Shown here in pieces: positions 37,973-50,824 of a DNA stretch of 64,000 nt. Position 1 is the stretch's first letter. Every line of letters starts with the position of its first letter. A program made the translations under genes and the position numbers. The DNA comes from Nemertoderma westbladi (Eukaryota > Animalia > Xenacoelomorpha): positions 3,344-67,343 of the forward strand of contig JAUCBJ010003882.1 in NCBI GenBank assembly GCA_032718475.1, read 5' to 3'. Below the pieces are notes generated by a model. It did not search any database. It saw only the letters and a list, made by a program, of their open reading frames with translations, and was not told the DNA's origin.

Positions 37973-39039
37973 CTAAAAACAAATGTCAGTGGAATAGGAG
38001 TGAAATTCGATGAAATGACATTGATATGCTCAATATAATAATAATGCAAGAGTCACTACCTGATCATGAAAACATCAAAATCATCAACACAACTAGACCA
38101 ACTAATAATTAGTGGAGCAAACTATAACCGAACAGTTACTAGCAAGGTTGGGTGCAAACTTCGCCCGCGTACAACCTTTGCCCGCAAGGCAATCTTCGCC
38201 CGCGAACAACCTTCGCCCAATAAGATTTGTGTTAGTAACCATTTTGATTTTAGTAACAAATTGAGGGAAAGGAGCAGGTTGCAGAGTCGGCTTTTTCTAA
38301 CCGAAACAATAAACAATGGTGTTACTAATTGAGGGAAAGGAGCAGGTTACAGAGACGGCTTTTGGACGCGGGAGAAGCTTTCTCGCTGGCGAAGTTTGCT
38401 GCGTACCAACAGCAACTGGAATGGAATTTGCAGCACACTAGTAATTACTAAACTTATAACCCCCGGATTTACAAGGCGTGGGGCGTGCTACGGACCTTGA
38501 TTCACCCAAATCCATGACAAACTCGACTAGTGGGTCTTTTATACTTTTACATTTTAGTGTAAATAACAGGTTGAAAACACAAAAAGTGGGTTATTCTGAA
38601 AATTTTGACTTTCACAAAATACGACTTTGTATCATTCGAAAGCTTTTAAAACGCTGAATACAATGGTGGATAGTTTCCCAGCAGGAATATTATTATGTAA
38701 ATGGGTAAATATATGTAAAAAAAACAATCACCGGTCCCAAGTGTAACATTAATGTGTAACAGCAGATTAACCAATAACATGGCCTGGTACAAATGTGTAA
38801 CACGTTGTCCATTGGGTAACGCAATGTGTGAGCCAATCAGAATTGGTTCAAATGTTAGACGTCTAATTTCCACAAATTCCACAGTGTAACATTGCACAGT
38901 GTTACACCATTTTGGTACACTGCGGAAAATATTTCGAAAGTAACTCGTAATCTAAAATTAATTATATCTTAGTCATTAGAGTATAATGCTCCTTGAATGC
39001 TTTAAGTGATCTTTGCAAAAATGGTGTACTGTATCTGTA

Positions 39040-39835
39040 CACTGGTGAAATCTCGCTCGACGAGAGCGACCAGCTGTCTGTCCGATTGAGGATGAAAAGT
39101 TGCAAAACTAAAAATAACTGCTCGAGTTTTATTATTGCGCACACTAGTAGCTTTGATTTGATACCAAAAACTTGGAAATTGGTTGAAAAATGGCGGAGGA
39201 GTAGTGTTTCAAAAATGAAATACCATTCCGTGATAATTGCCTTTAAAGTTTGAACCTTTCCGCGCAAAATGTCTGTAAATAATGTGAGAATGTCTGTTAA
39301 TATATATAAAGCAACTCACAAAACCACAAAACCATTTTAAGATTATTGCTATGGGGATTTTCCTGGTCATTGATTTTATTTCTGAGGTCAGATTTCACTT
39401 TTAATGAAATCTAGTTCGTCTGTCTGTCGGTCTTTCTGACTATCCGACAATCTGTCCGTTAAATATAAGAAAAGAGCACCTAGCATCTAGTTAAAAGTTT
39501 AGTTATAGGAGTTTACCTGATCGCAGAATTAATTTCTAGTGTAAGATTTAACATTTTGATGACTTCCAAAATGTCTGTTTGGCTGTCGGTTATATTTTGA
39601 CGGACAGACTGACAGGCATACAGACAGAAAAGACTTGGCCAAATTTGAATACTGATATCAGAAATAAAGTCACGGACCAAGAAAACCCATATAAGAAATG
39701 TTTTAGAAATATAGTATATATGTTTTCTAGATTGTTTTGGAGACATACTGACGGACTGACTGACAGTAAAACTGACGGACAGCCATATGTCGAGAAGTAA
39801 GACAGATCTTGCTAAACGGTTTACATACTTGGAAT
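39040..39835. mobile_element. Non-autonomous interspersed repeat related to 1858-2435
   Basis: Shared block noted above; (GTCT)/(GACG/GACA) microsatellite-like tracts; boundaries approximate. Confidence 0.4.
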
Positions 39836-39903
39836 CTTGATAAAAATATGCTCCAGCTAGATGAAATAAATTTTTTTTTTAAAGCCATTGCCAGTACCCA
39901 TTG

Positions 39904-42900
39904 TAAGTATACTTACAGATACTATGCCTTGTAGTAGTATACTTACATATACTATGCCTTGTAGTAGTATACTTACATATACTATGCTTTGTAGTAGTAT
40001 ACTTACAGATACTATGCCTCGTAGTAGTATACTTACAGATACTATGCCTTGTAGTAGTATACTTACAGATACTATGCCTTGTAGTAGTATACTTACATAT
40101 ACTATGCCTTGTAGTAGTATACTTACATATACTATGCCTTGTAGTAGTATACTTACAGATACTATGCCTTGTAGTAGTATACTTACAGATACTATGCCTT
40201 GTAGTAGTATACTTAAAGATACTATGCCTTGTAGTAGTATACTTACAGATACTATGCCTTGTAGTAGTATACTTACATATACTATGCCTTGTAGTAGTAT
40301 ACTTACAGATACTATGCCTTGTAGTAGTATACTTACAGATACTATGCCTTGTAGTAGTATACTTACAGATACTATGCCTTGTAGTAGTATACTTACATAT
40401 ACTATGCCTTGTAGTAGTATACTTACATATACTATGCCTTGTAGTAGTATACTTACAGATACTATGCCTTGTAGTAGTATACTTACAGATACTATGCCTT
40501 GTAGTAGTATACTTACATATACTATGCCTTGTAGTAGTATACTTACAGATACTATGCCTTGTAGTAGTATACTTACAGATACTATGCCTTGTAGTAGTAT
40601 ACTTACATATACTATGCCTTGTAGTAGTATACTTACAGATACTATGCCTTGTAGTAGTATACTTACATATACTATGCCTTGTAGTAGTATACTTACATAT
40701 ACTATGCCTTGTAGTAGTATACTTACATATACTATGCCTTGTGGGGCGAGCCACGAAGTTGGCGGAGCCTTAGCGAATTGACACTGTTAGGGGGTGGGTC
40801 AATTTATGCAAATAGTTGTCGTCGTCGTCGTCGTCGTCGTTGTCGTCGTCGTCGTTGTCGTCGTCGTTACGATTTTGACATGCTAATAACTTTGTCGGAT
40901 TTAAAGCTGCCAAGTTGAAAATTTGTAGGTATCAATATGAGCAAAAGTTGAGATTTTTGAGAGACTTTCAGACACCATCAGTGCAATGGTCTCCCGCTAG
41001 AGGGCCACATGTCTAAACATTAAATGCCCTCCCATTTCTTTGCTTTTAATCCATTTAAGCTGAAACTTGGCAGATATGTATTAGACCATTAGCTGTGACT
41101 TTCAAAGGAGGCGAATCCATCTGCAGTTCTCCAGTCTGCCGCTAGAGGGCCAACGTGACTATTTGCATAAATTGACCTACCCCCTAACAGTGTCAATTCG
41201 CTAAGGCTCTGCCAACTTCGTGCTGCGCGAAGTCCCCACTTCGTGTAGTAGTATACTTACAGATACTATGCCTTGTAGTAGTATACTTACATATACTATG
41301 CCTTGTAGTAGTATACTTACAGATACTATGCCTTGTAGTAGTATACTTACAGATACTATGCCTTGTAGTAGTATACTTACATATACTATGCCTTGTAGTA
41401 GTATACATTATATATATTATTATTCTTTATTCCAGGCCGAGGCCCATAAAAACAGATTACATATATTATTTATTAAGCACAATTGTTTGGAGATATAGTA
41501 TACTTACATATACTATGCCTTGTAGTAGTATAGCTACAGATACTATGCCTTGTAGTAGTATACTTACAGATACTATGCCTTGTAGTAGTATACTTACATA
41601 TACTATGCCTTGTAGTAGTATACTTACATATACTATGCCTTGTAGTAGTATACTTACATATACTATGCCTTGTAGTAGTATACTTACAGATACTATGCCT
41701 TGTAGTAGTATACTTACATATACTATGCCTTGTAGTAGTATACTTACATATACTATGCCTTGTAGTAGTATACTTACAGATACTATGCCTTGTAGTAGTA
41801 TACTTACAGATACTATGCCTTGTAAGTAGTATACTTACCGATACTATGCCTTGTAGTAGTATACTTAAAGATACTATGCCTTGTAGTAGTATACTTACAT
41901 ATACTATGCCTTGTAGTAGTATACTTACAGATACTATGCCTTGTAGTAGTATACTTACATATACTATGCCTTGTAGTAGTATACTTACATATACTATGCC
42001 TTGTAGTAGTATACTTACAGATACTATGCCTTGTAGTAGTATACTTACAGATACTATGCCTTGTAGTAGTATACTTACAGATACTATGCCTTGTAGTAGT
42101 ATACTTACATATACTATGCCTTGTAGTAGTATACTTACATATACTATGCCTTGTAGTAGTATACTTACAGATACTATGCCTTGTAGTAGTATACTTACAT
42201 ATACTATGCCTTGTAGTAGTATACTTACAGATACTATGCCTTGTAGTAGTATACTTACATATACTATGCCTTGTAGTAGTATACTTACAGATACTATGCC
42301 TTGTAGTAGTATACTTACATATACTATGCCTTGTAGTAGTATACTTACATATACTATGCCTTGTAGTAGTATACTTACAGATACTATGCCTTGTAGTAGT
42401 ATACTTACAGATACTATGCCTTGTAGTAGTATACTTACAGATACTATGCCTTGTAGTAGTATACTTACATATACTATGCCTTGTAGTAGTATACTTACAT
42501 ATACTATGCCTTGTAGTAGTATACTTACAGATACTATGCCTTGTAGTAGTATACTTACAGATACTATGCCTTGTAGTAGTATACTTAAAGAAAGATACTA
42601 TGCCTTGTAGTAGTATACTTACAGATACTATGCCTTGTAGTAGTATACTTACATATACTATGCCTTGTAGTAGTATACTTACAGATACTATGCCTTGTAG
42701 TAGTATACTTACAGATACTATGCCTTGTAGTAGTATACTTACAGATACTATGCCTTGTAGTAGTATACTTACATATACTATGCCTTGTAGTAGTATACTT
42801 ACATATACTATGCCTTGTAGTAGTATACTTACAGATACTATGCCTTGTAGTAGTATACTTACAGATACTATGCCTTGTAGTAGTATACTTAAAGATACTA

Positions 42901-45900
42901 TGCCTTGTAGTAGTATACTTACAGATACTATGCCTTGTAGTAGTATACTTACATATACTATGCCTTGTAGTAGTATACTTACATATACTATGCCTTGTAG
43001 TAGTATACTTACAGATACTATGCCTTGTAGTAGTATACTTACAGATACTATGCCTTGTAGTAGTATACTTACATATACTATGCCTTGTAGTAGTATACTT
43101 ACAGATACTATGCCTTGTAGTAGTATACTTACAGATACTATGCCTTGTAGTAGTATACTTACATATACTATGCCTTGTAGTAGTATACTTACAGATACTA
43201 TGCCTTGTAGTAGTATACTTACAGATACTATGCCTTGTAGTAGTATACTTACATATACTATGCCTTGTAGTAGTATACTTACAGATACTATGCCTTGTAG
43301 TAGTATACTTACATATACTATGCCTTGTAGTAGTATACTTACATATACTATGCCTTGTAGTAGTATACTTACATATACTATGCCTTGTAGTAGTATACTT
43401 ACAGATACTATGCCTTGTAGTAGTATACTTACATATACTATGCCTTGTAGTAGTATACTTACAGATACTATGCCTTGTAGTAGTATACTTACAGATACTA
43501 TGCCTTGTAGTAGTATACTTACATATACTATGCCTTGTAGTAGTATACATTATATATATTATTATTCTTTATTCCAGGCCGAGGCCCATAAAAACAGATT
43601 ACATATATTATTTATTAAGCACAATTGTTTGGAGATATAGTATACTTACATATACTATGCCTTGTAGTAGTATAGCTACAGATACTATGCCTTGTAGTAG
43701 TATACTTACAGATACTATGCCTTGTAGTAGTATACTTACATATACTATGCCTTGTAGTAGTATACTTACATATACTATGCCTTGTAGTAGTATACTTACA
43801 TATACTATGCCTTGTAGTAGTATACTTACAGATACTATGCCTTGTAGTAGTATACTTACATATACTATGCCTTGTAGTAGTATACTTACATATACTATGC
43901 CTTGTAGTAGTATACTTACAGATACTATGCCTTGTAGTAGTATACTTACAGATACTATGCCTTGTAAGTAGTATACTTACCGATACTATGCCTTGTAGTA
44001 GTATACTTAAAGATACTATGCCTTGTAGTAGTATACTTACAGATACTATGCCTTGTAGTAGTATACTTACATATACTATGCCTTGTAGTAGTATACTTAA
44101 AGATACTATGCCTTGTAGTAGTATACTTACATATACTATGCCTTGTAGTAGTATACTTACAGATAATATGCCTTGTAGTAGTATACTTACATATACTATG
44201 CCTTGTAGTAGTATACTTACATATACTATGCCTTGTAGTAGTATACTTACATATACTATGCCTTGTAGTAGTATACTTACAGATACTATGCCTTGTAGTA
44301 GTATACTTACAGATACTATGCCTTGTAGTAGTATACTTACATATACTATGCCTTGTAGTAGTATACTTACATATACTATGCCTTGTAGTAGTATACTTAC
44401 ATATACTATGCCTTGTAGTAGTATACTTACAGATACTATGCCTTGTAGTAGTATACTTACAGATACTATGCCTTGTAGTAGTATACTTACATATACTATG
44501 CCTTGTAGTAGTATACTTACAGATACTATGCCTTGTAGTAGTATACTTACATATACTATGCCTTGTAGTAGTATACTTACATATACTATGCCTTGTAGTA
44601 GTATACTTACATATACTATGCCTTGTAGTAGTATACTTACATATACTATGCCTTGTAGTAGTATACTTACAGATACTATGCCTTGTAGTAGTATACTTAC
44701 AGATACTATGCCTTGTAGTAGTATACTTACAGATACTATGCCTTGTAGTAGTATACTTACAGATACTATGCCTTGTAGTAGTATACTTACAGATACTATG
44801 CCTTGTAGTAGTATACTTACAGATACTATGCCTTGTAGTAATATACTTACATATACTATGCCTTGTAGTAGTATACTTACATATACTATGCCTTGTAGTA
44901 GTATACTTACATATACTATGCCTTGTAGTAGTATACTTACAGATACTATGCCTTGTAGTAGTATACTTACAGATACTATGCCTTGTAGTAGTATACTTAC
45001 ATATACTATGCCTTGTAGTAGTATACTTACATATACTATGCCTTGTAGTAGTATACTTACATATACTATGATGCCTTGTAGTAGTATACTTACAGATACT
45101 ATGCCTTGTAGTAGTATACTTACAGATACTATGCCTTGTAGTAGTATACTTACAGATACTATGCCTTGTAGTAGTATACTTACAGATACTATGCCTTGTA
45201 GTAGTATACTTACAGATACTATGCCTTGTAGTAATATACTTACATATACTATGCCTTGTAGTAGTATACTTACATATACTATGCCTTGTAGTAGTATACT
45301 TACAGATACTATGCCTTGTAGTAGTATACTTACAGATACTATGCCTTGTAGTAGTATACTTACATATACTATGATGCCTTGTAGTAGTATACTTACAGAT
45401 ACTATGCCTTGTAGTAGTATACTTACAGATACTATGCCTTGTAGTAGTATACTTACAGATACTATGCCTTGTAGTAGTATACTTACAGATACTATGCCTT
45501 GTAGTAGTATACTTACAGATACTATGCCTTGTAGTAGTATACTTACAGATACTATGCCTTGTAGTAGTATACTTACAGATACTATGCCTTGTAGTAGTAT
45601 ACTTACAGATACTATGCCTTGTAGTAGTATACTTACAGATACTATGCCTTGTAGTAATATACTTACATATACTATGCCTTGTAGTAGTATACTTACATAT
45701 ACTATGCCTTGTAGTAGTATACTTACATATACTATGCCTTGTAGTAGTATACTTACAGATACTATGCCTTGTAGTAGTATACTTACAGATACTATGCCTT
45801 GTAGTAGTATACTTACATATACTATGCCTTGTAGTAGTATACTTACATATACTATGCCTTGTAGTAGTATACTTACATATACTATGATGCCTTGTAGTAG

Positions 45901-46360
45901 TATACTTACAGATACTATGCCTTGTAGTAGTATACTTACAGATACTATGCCTTGTAGTAGTATACTTACAGATACTATGCCTTGTAGTAGTATACTTACA
46001 GATACTATGCCTTGTAGTAGTATACTTACAGATACTATGCCTTGTAGTAATATACTTACATATACTATGCCTTGTAGTAGTATACTTACATATACTATGC
46101 CTTGTAGTAGTATACTTACAGATACTATGCCTTGTAGTAGTATACTTACAGATACTATGCCTTGTAGTAGTATACTTACATATACTATGATGCCTTGTAG
46201 TAGTATACTTACAGATACTATGCCTTGTAGTAGTATACTTACAGATACTATGCCTTGTAGTAGTATACTTACAGATACTATGCCTTGTAGTAGTATACTT
46301 ACAGATACTATGCCTTGTAGTAGTATACTTACTGATACTATGCCTTGTAGTAGTATACTA
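39904..46360. repeat. 6.4-kb 30-bp minisatellite (about 190 units) in an Artemis intron, with one element insertion and a 2142-bp internal duplication
   Basis: Unit GTAGTAGTATACTTACA(G/T)ATACTATGCCTT; a unique spacer recurs at about 41408-41495 and 43550-43637. Confidence 0.98.
40743..41243 (+). mobile_element. TGT-bounded element, 501-bp variant (copy C), inserted in the 30-bp array
   Basis: cctTGT|GGGGCGAGCCACGAAG...GTGCTGCGCGAAGTCCCCACTTCG|TGTagt; subterminal inverted repeat of about 65 bp; internal (GTC)n. Confidence 0.93.
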
Positions 46361-46384
46361 CTTACTCGGAAGGGTGATACATAC

Positions 46385-46525
46385 CTTTCTGTTATACTCA
46401 GAACTGATACCGTTGTATATAAATTCCTGTCCAAGATTGAACCCAGTGGGTAAGTGGACCACGTGGTCTGGACTTCGGTCAAACCAATCACCGATAAGGT
46501 CAATTATGGCGCGCCTAGATTCCTC
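46385..46525 (-). CDS. DCLRE1C: Artemis exon (beta-CASP)
   Basis: Phase 0-0, 141 nt; EESRRAIIDLIGDWFDRSPDHVVHL...GQEFIYNGISSEYNRK corresponds to human [25 protein letters not shown]...GYEYLFTNLSEELGVQ. Confidence 0.93.
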
Positions 46526-46969
46526 CTACAAAAAAAAATAAATCATGAGTTAGTTCTCGTGGCACCAAGTCGACAGGTTTATAATATTCATTATTATTCT
46601 TATATTCAGCAGGCATTAAAATTAAAAGCAGAAAAATTACTAGGGATGTCCCGGAATCGATATTTTGATTCCGGCCGGAACCGGAATTCAACATGCCGGA
46701 ATAATCCGGCCGGAATTACGACCGGTACCGGAATTTCTATAATTAATGGAATACACTAATAAATGACCCATGAAACTATATAATTTTTTGTGAAACAAAT
46801 TAATTTTTTTAATTTCTAAAGCTAATTTTGCTAAAGAGTTGAATCAGAACCTTGCGTGGAATTAAGGTGAGTGGAGTGGAGGTGGGTGTTACATACCCAT
46901 CAAGACTGTATTCACTGTAATTAACAGGGTGGCTGTGAATTTTCCCTCGTTAGATAGGTTAGTTAGGTT

Positions 46970-47045
46970 CCACCTTGGGGTAGTGGTTGCATTGATTTCC
47001 AATCTATCTGGAGGTCGTGGGTTCGATTCCTGCATGTGGGTCAAG
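46970..47045 (+). mobile_element. tRNA-derived SINE head
   Basis: A-box TGGGGTAGTGG and B-box GGTTCGATTCC; no proper acceptor or anticodon stems. Confidence 0.55.
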
Positions 47046-47127
47046 GCAGTGTTCGACTCGGCACGAATGGTTTAAAGGGGCTAACCAGGGGGCATCTATG
47101 CCTTACATCCTTAAATGTTGGCTCTTA

Positions 47128-47323
47128 GGCCGCGTTCACACTACCGAGTCAAAGTCAAAGTCAAAAGACAAAATGTAAAAAAAATAACATGAAATTTATT
47201 TTTTTCTAGAACGCCATTATGTATTATATTAGGCCTATATAATGTATTATTATTTATTATTGCTAGCTAACTATATTTATTTTCTTTTGACTTTGACTTT
47301 GACTCGGTAGTGTGAACGCGGCC
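47128..47323. mobile_element. 196-bp MITE, PIF/Harbinger (Tourist)-like
   Basis: Perfect TIR of about 40 bp (GGCCGCGTTCACACTACCGAGTCAAAGTCAAAGTCAAAAG), flanked by TTA and TAA. Confidence 0.88.
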
Positions 47324-48525
47324 TAACGGTCGAAGAAAACTTCATTTCTATACTTTTTTTACAAGTGTTGAAAAGTATCTTAAACTAATTGTTAATAATG
47401 TTTAAAAATATATAAATCTTGATATTAATTTAACAAACTAATTGCAATTATTAAATTAGTTAGGAACCTGGTAATTCCGGTAAAATTCGGAATCGGGCAA
47501 AAACCGCCGGAATTCCGGGACATCGCTAAAAATGACAATGTATGAGTAGATTAGATTAATTGTTCACAAAATTTATTAGCGATTATAATGTGACAATCAG
47601 GAGTTCTGTACGATCTCTAGTAAATCAAATTATAGATAATTGTTGCGTTTCAGGTCTATCGCGATAACTGCGATAGGGGTGAAAAAGTGTAGACTGGTTG
47701 GAGACGGAAGACGTTGAAATGTTGTTGTGAAACTTGGTATATTCGTCTCTGTGGGAATTCTAACCGTGACTAACACTATAAGTCATACCAATCTTATCAT
47801 TCCAGCCTAGTGTATGTATACTATAGATTAAGTTTACAAAAACAACATTTTTTATTTATCTACCACTTCGATTCAAAATTGATGATATTTTTAAACACAC
47901 AATTTTATTAAATTTAGATTAAGCGGTGGTGGTTCGAATCCTTGTAAAAGAGCTCATCAATAGGACATAGCCATTTGGTAATATTAAAGCCGTGAAAGCC
48001 ATGCTCCACTAGTAAGTCGTATGTCGAAATAAATTATGGAACACATTGGTTTCAATAGAAGCGTCTCCATTGGTATGCCATTCGTTTGTTACGACCCATG
48101 TGTCGAAAGTGATTATGTCCCATGTTCCATCTTTTGACATACAACACATGAGTTCTTTCTGGCAAGAGGCCTGTGATTGGTTACTTTGGGTAGCACCAAG
48201 CCAGAAAATATTGTACAGAGAAAAAATATGAGACGTATCTTATATTTTTTAAGAAAGTACTTATGACTTACCAGTGGAGCACGGGAGCACAATGTTTGAC
48301 ATACGGACTCAGACACAATCTGAAAACAACTTAAGACATACGACACATGTGTTGCCAGTGGAGCCCGGGCCTAAAACCTCACATAAGGGAAGGGTGTAAG
48401 ACAATCATCAACATTAATCATACATATATCATGATCTATATATATATATCTATATATATTGGTAAGTAATTTGTTCTACACTGGAATAACTTGAACTAAA
48501 TATGTCAAATGATTATTAAAATTAC

Positions 48526-48712
48526 CCTGGTAAATATATGAAGAAAGGTTTTGGAACAGAATGAAGTATCGATATGTAGATTGTCTATGTGTCTGCAGAT
48601 AGAGGCGTCCTGTGTAAGAGCCGATATACGGTTGAAATTATTACAATCTTCATATCTGAAGTCACCGGTGTATAAGTTGGTTACATGGGGTTCGATCGAC
48701 TCAAATAAAAAC
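48526..48712 (-). CDS. DCLRE1C: Artemis exon (MBL motif 4 and beta-CASP motif A)
   Basis: Phase 2-0, 187 nt; FLFES...NLYTGDFRY...IDNLHIDTSFC...IFTR corresponds to human FLFQG...VLYTGDFRL...IQSVYLDTTFC...IPSR. Confidence 0.95.
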
Positions 48713-48829
48713 CTAAACGGTAAATATGGAATATTTAGGAAACTGGGTCACTGTGATAGGGTGTTATTGGCATGGGGATAATAGGTGTGTGAGTGTGGGC
48801 AATGGACAGAGGGCCCTATTATGGTGTAA

Positions 48830-49067
48830 GGGGGCGCTCATAAAGTTACGCAAATTTTCCTGATTTTTGACCACCCCCCCCCCTCCCCTCTGTCACAAAA
48901 TGTCACGCAAGCTCGAGCCCCTCCACTCCCCCTTAATCATTAGTAAATTCGTAATACTTTAAGTCAAAGTCAAGCTAAAACTAAAGCCTAGAACATCGCC
49001 GTGACCGTCACCCCCCCCCCCCCCCCCCCCCCCCCCCTAGTGCGTGACATACTTTATGAACGCCCCC
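48830..49067. mobile_element. 238-bp Harbinger/Tourist-like MITE
   Basis: TIRs GGGGGCGCTCATAAAGT / ACTTTATGAACGCCCCC with a TAA target duplication on both sides. Confidence 0.85.
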
Positions 49068-49312
49068 TAAGGGGTAGCGCAGGATTACACAAGATAGCGC
49101 ACAATGGAATAGCAATATTCAAATGGGGGGATATTGATTATAACCAAAGTGGAGAGATAGGATGCGCGAGTTACTGTATGAGCACAGATTACAGTTTCAT
49201 ATCCGTAGTCGACGTCTGTGGATGTCGGGGTAGAATCACAGAGAAAATAAAATACGAAACATTATCAGAGACAACTGAAAAATATATTCAGGTACAACAG
49301 AAAACAACTTAC

Positions 49313-49498
49313 ATAACAGAACCCGGACAGTGTCCAGCTGATATAAGAGTGACCGTGAACTCTTTGTTATTGGGAGCCGAAATGGAACATGATTGGTCAA
49401 TAGGTAGATCACGAGTGTATGACTCAAGCCAGGCCAGACCCGGCATTGACAATATTATCTTCTTAGTAAGAAGGGAGCAGTACAAAATAATATTCGTG
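49313..49498 (-). CDS. DCLRE1C: Artemis exon (MBL motif 3)
   Basis: Phase 2-2, 186 nt; IILYCSLLTKKIIL...FTVTLISAGHCPGSVM corresponds to human VYLYCSPVTKELLL...IVVTLLPAGHCPGSVM. Confidence 0.96.
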
Positions 49499-49569
49499 CT
49501 GCAAATAAATACACAGGAGTAGTTATTTATACAAAAGGTACTTGTTTACTTGTTACCATCAGCTCTATG

Positions 49570-49910
49570 TTCTGTAAACTCAAATGGTCTAGTAATATAT
49601 TTCCCATGTTTTATCTTAAACGCTACATTTCTTTCCTTACAATTGAAAGGAAAGAAATGGGAGGGCAATTAATGCATAGACATGTAGCCCTCTAGCGGGA
49701 GACTATTGAATTGATGGTATTTTAAAGTAACATAAATCTCAACTTTTGATCCAATGCCTAAAAATCTTCAATTCGACAGTCCTAAATCCGATAAAGTTAT
49801 CAGCATGTCAAAATCGTAACGACGACAACAACCACTGTATTTGCAAAAATTGACCCACCCCCTAACTGTGTCAGTTCTCTGAAGGTTCCACCAACTTCCT
49901 GGCTTGCCCC
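49570..49910 (-). mobile_element. Older partial copy of the 501-bp TGT-bounded element (copy E)
   Basis: Reverse complement begins TGT|GGGGCAAGCCAGGAAGTTGG and aligns with about 40743-41090. Confidence 0.75.
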
Positions 49911-50824
49911 ACAATACGACAGCGCGGTGTTTATAGACAGTAAAACAGTAGTAGAATCAAAAATACTTGAATAGACCCGGCGCATCCTGCAGAAATATTA
50001 GCTGCCATCATTCATAGCAGGACCAGGAAGAAGAACAGGCGATCTGGACGTGCTCGGAGATGTTAAAGATGATAACGCGAGATCTTACAGCTTGATAACG
50101 TTGGTGATATTGTTTTCAAATAAAACAATATAATTAATATGACTTAGCGGAAAACACCCTTTCCACTCTTTTACTGTAGCGAAATTAATATATTCTGCCC
50201 TCGTATGTTGAGTTTTCCACACGCTGGCACTAACTTGCCAACTCGTATAAAATTCAATCACTCGGACAGAACAGTTGAACCCACTAAACTGAAAATGAAT
50301 GAAAAAAAGCTGCGTTTTTGCTTACTTTTTATTATAGAATAATAGTGCTTTTTTCAGAACCCGAATTTAAAAAATTATTCTAGACCACAATTTTGGCGCA
50401 CCTAAAACCTGGGGCCTGCCCTCCCTTACCTCTCTAAAGGACAAAGGTTCGCCACTACTGTCTTAGTTATAATCACATCAAATAATTCGACTACATTACT
50501 CATTCGAGATTCAACCTGTGATTAATCTAAACTGAATAATACTAAGACATGTTGAGTTCATGTTGATGTTCACACTTGAATAAATAATGTAAGTTTATTT
50601 ATTCGCCACACCCAGATTATTTGGGCCCAGACAGTAGTGCCTACAGTGACTGTGATACGGATATATTATCTTTCAAGGTGATTAAGTAACTCAATTAGCA
50701 GAGAGAAAGTATGCAGACAACCTGTTCATAGCCGTGCTACTGTAACTAACAAACACAATTAAAGCATTTATAATAGTAAATTGATAACGTAGATAAATAA
50801 TATAACAGCGCAATATATATTTAC

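Larger units (their letters stand above)
46641..47528. mobile_element. Non-autonomous hAT-type element with nested SINE head and MITE
   Basis: TIRs TAGGGATGTCCCGGAAT / ATTCCGGGACATCGCTA; 8-bp TSD aaaattac / aaaatgac (7 of 8); CCGG-rich subtermini like the 30475 element. Confidence 0.82.

Noticed and set aside
38880-38925. Two CACAGTG heptamers as recombination signal sequences
   Set aside because: No ACAAAAACC-like nonamer at 12 or 23 bp; they sit in a GTGTAAC-rich repeat fragment.
39879-46503. Long repeat ORFs (MPCSSILTDT)n, (YTTTRHSICK)n, (SILLQGIVSV)n
   Set aside because: Artefacts of a 30-bp unit that lacks stops in several frames; they lie in an Artemis intron and are broken by indels and an insertion.
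49001-49522. 173-aa plus-strand ORF
   Set aside because: Starts inside a MITE poly-C tract, is antisense to an Artemis exon, and has no recognisable motif.
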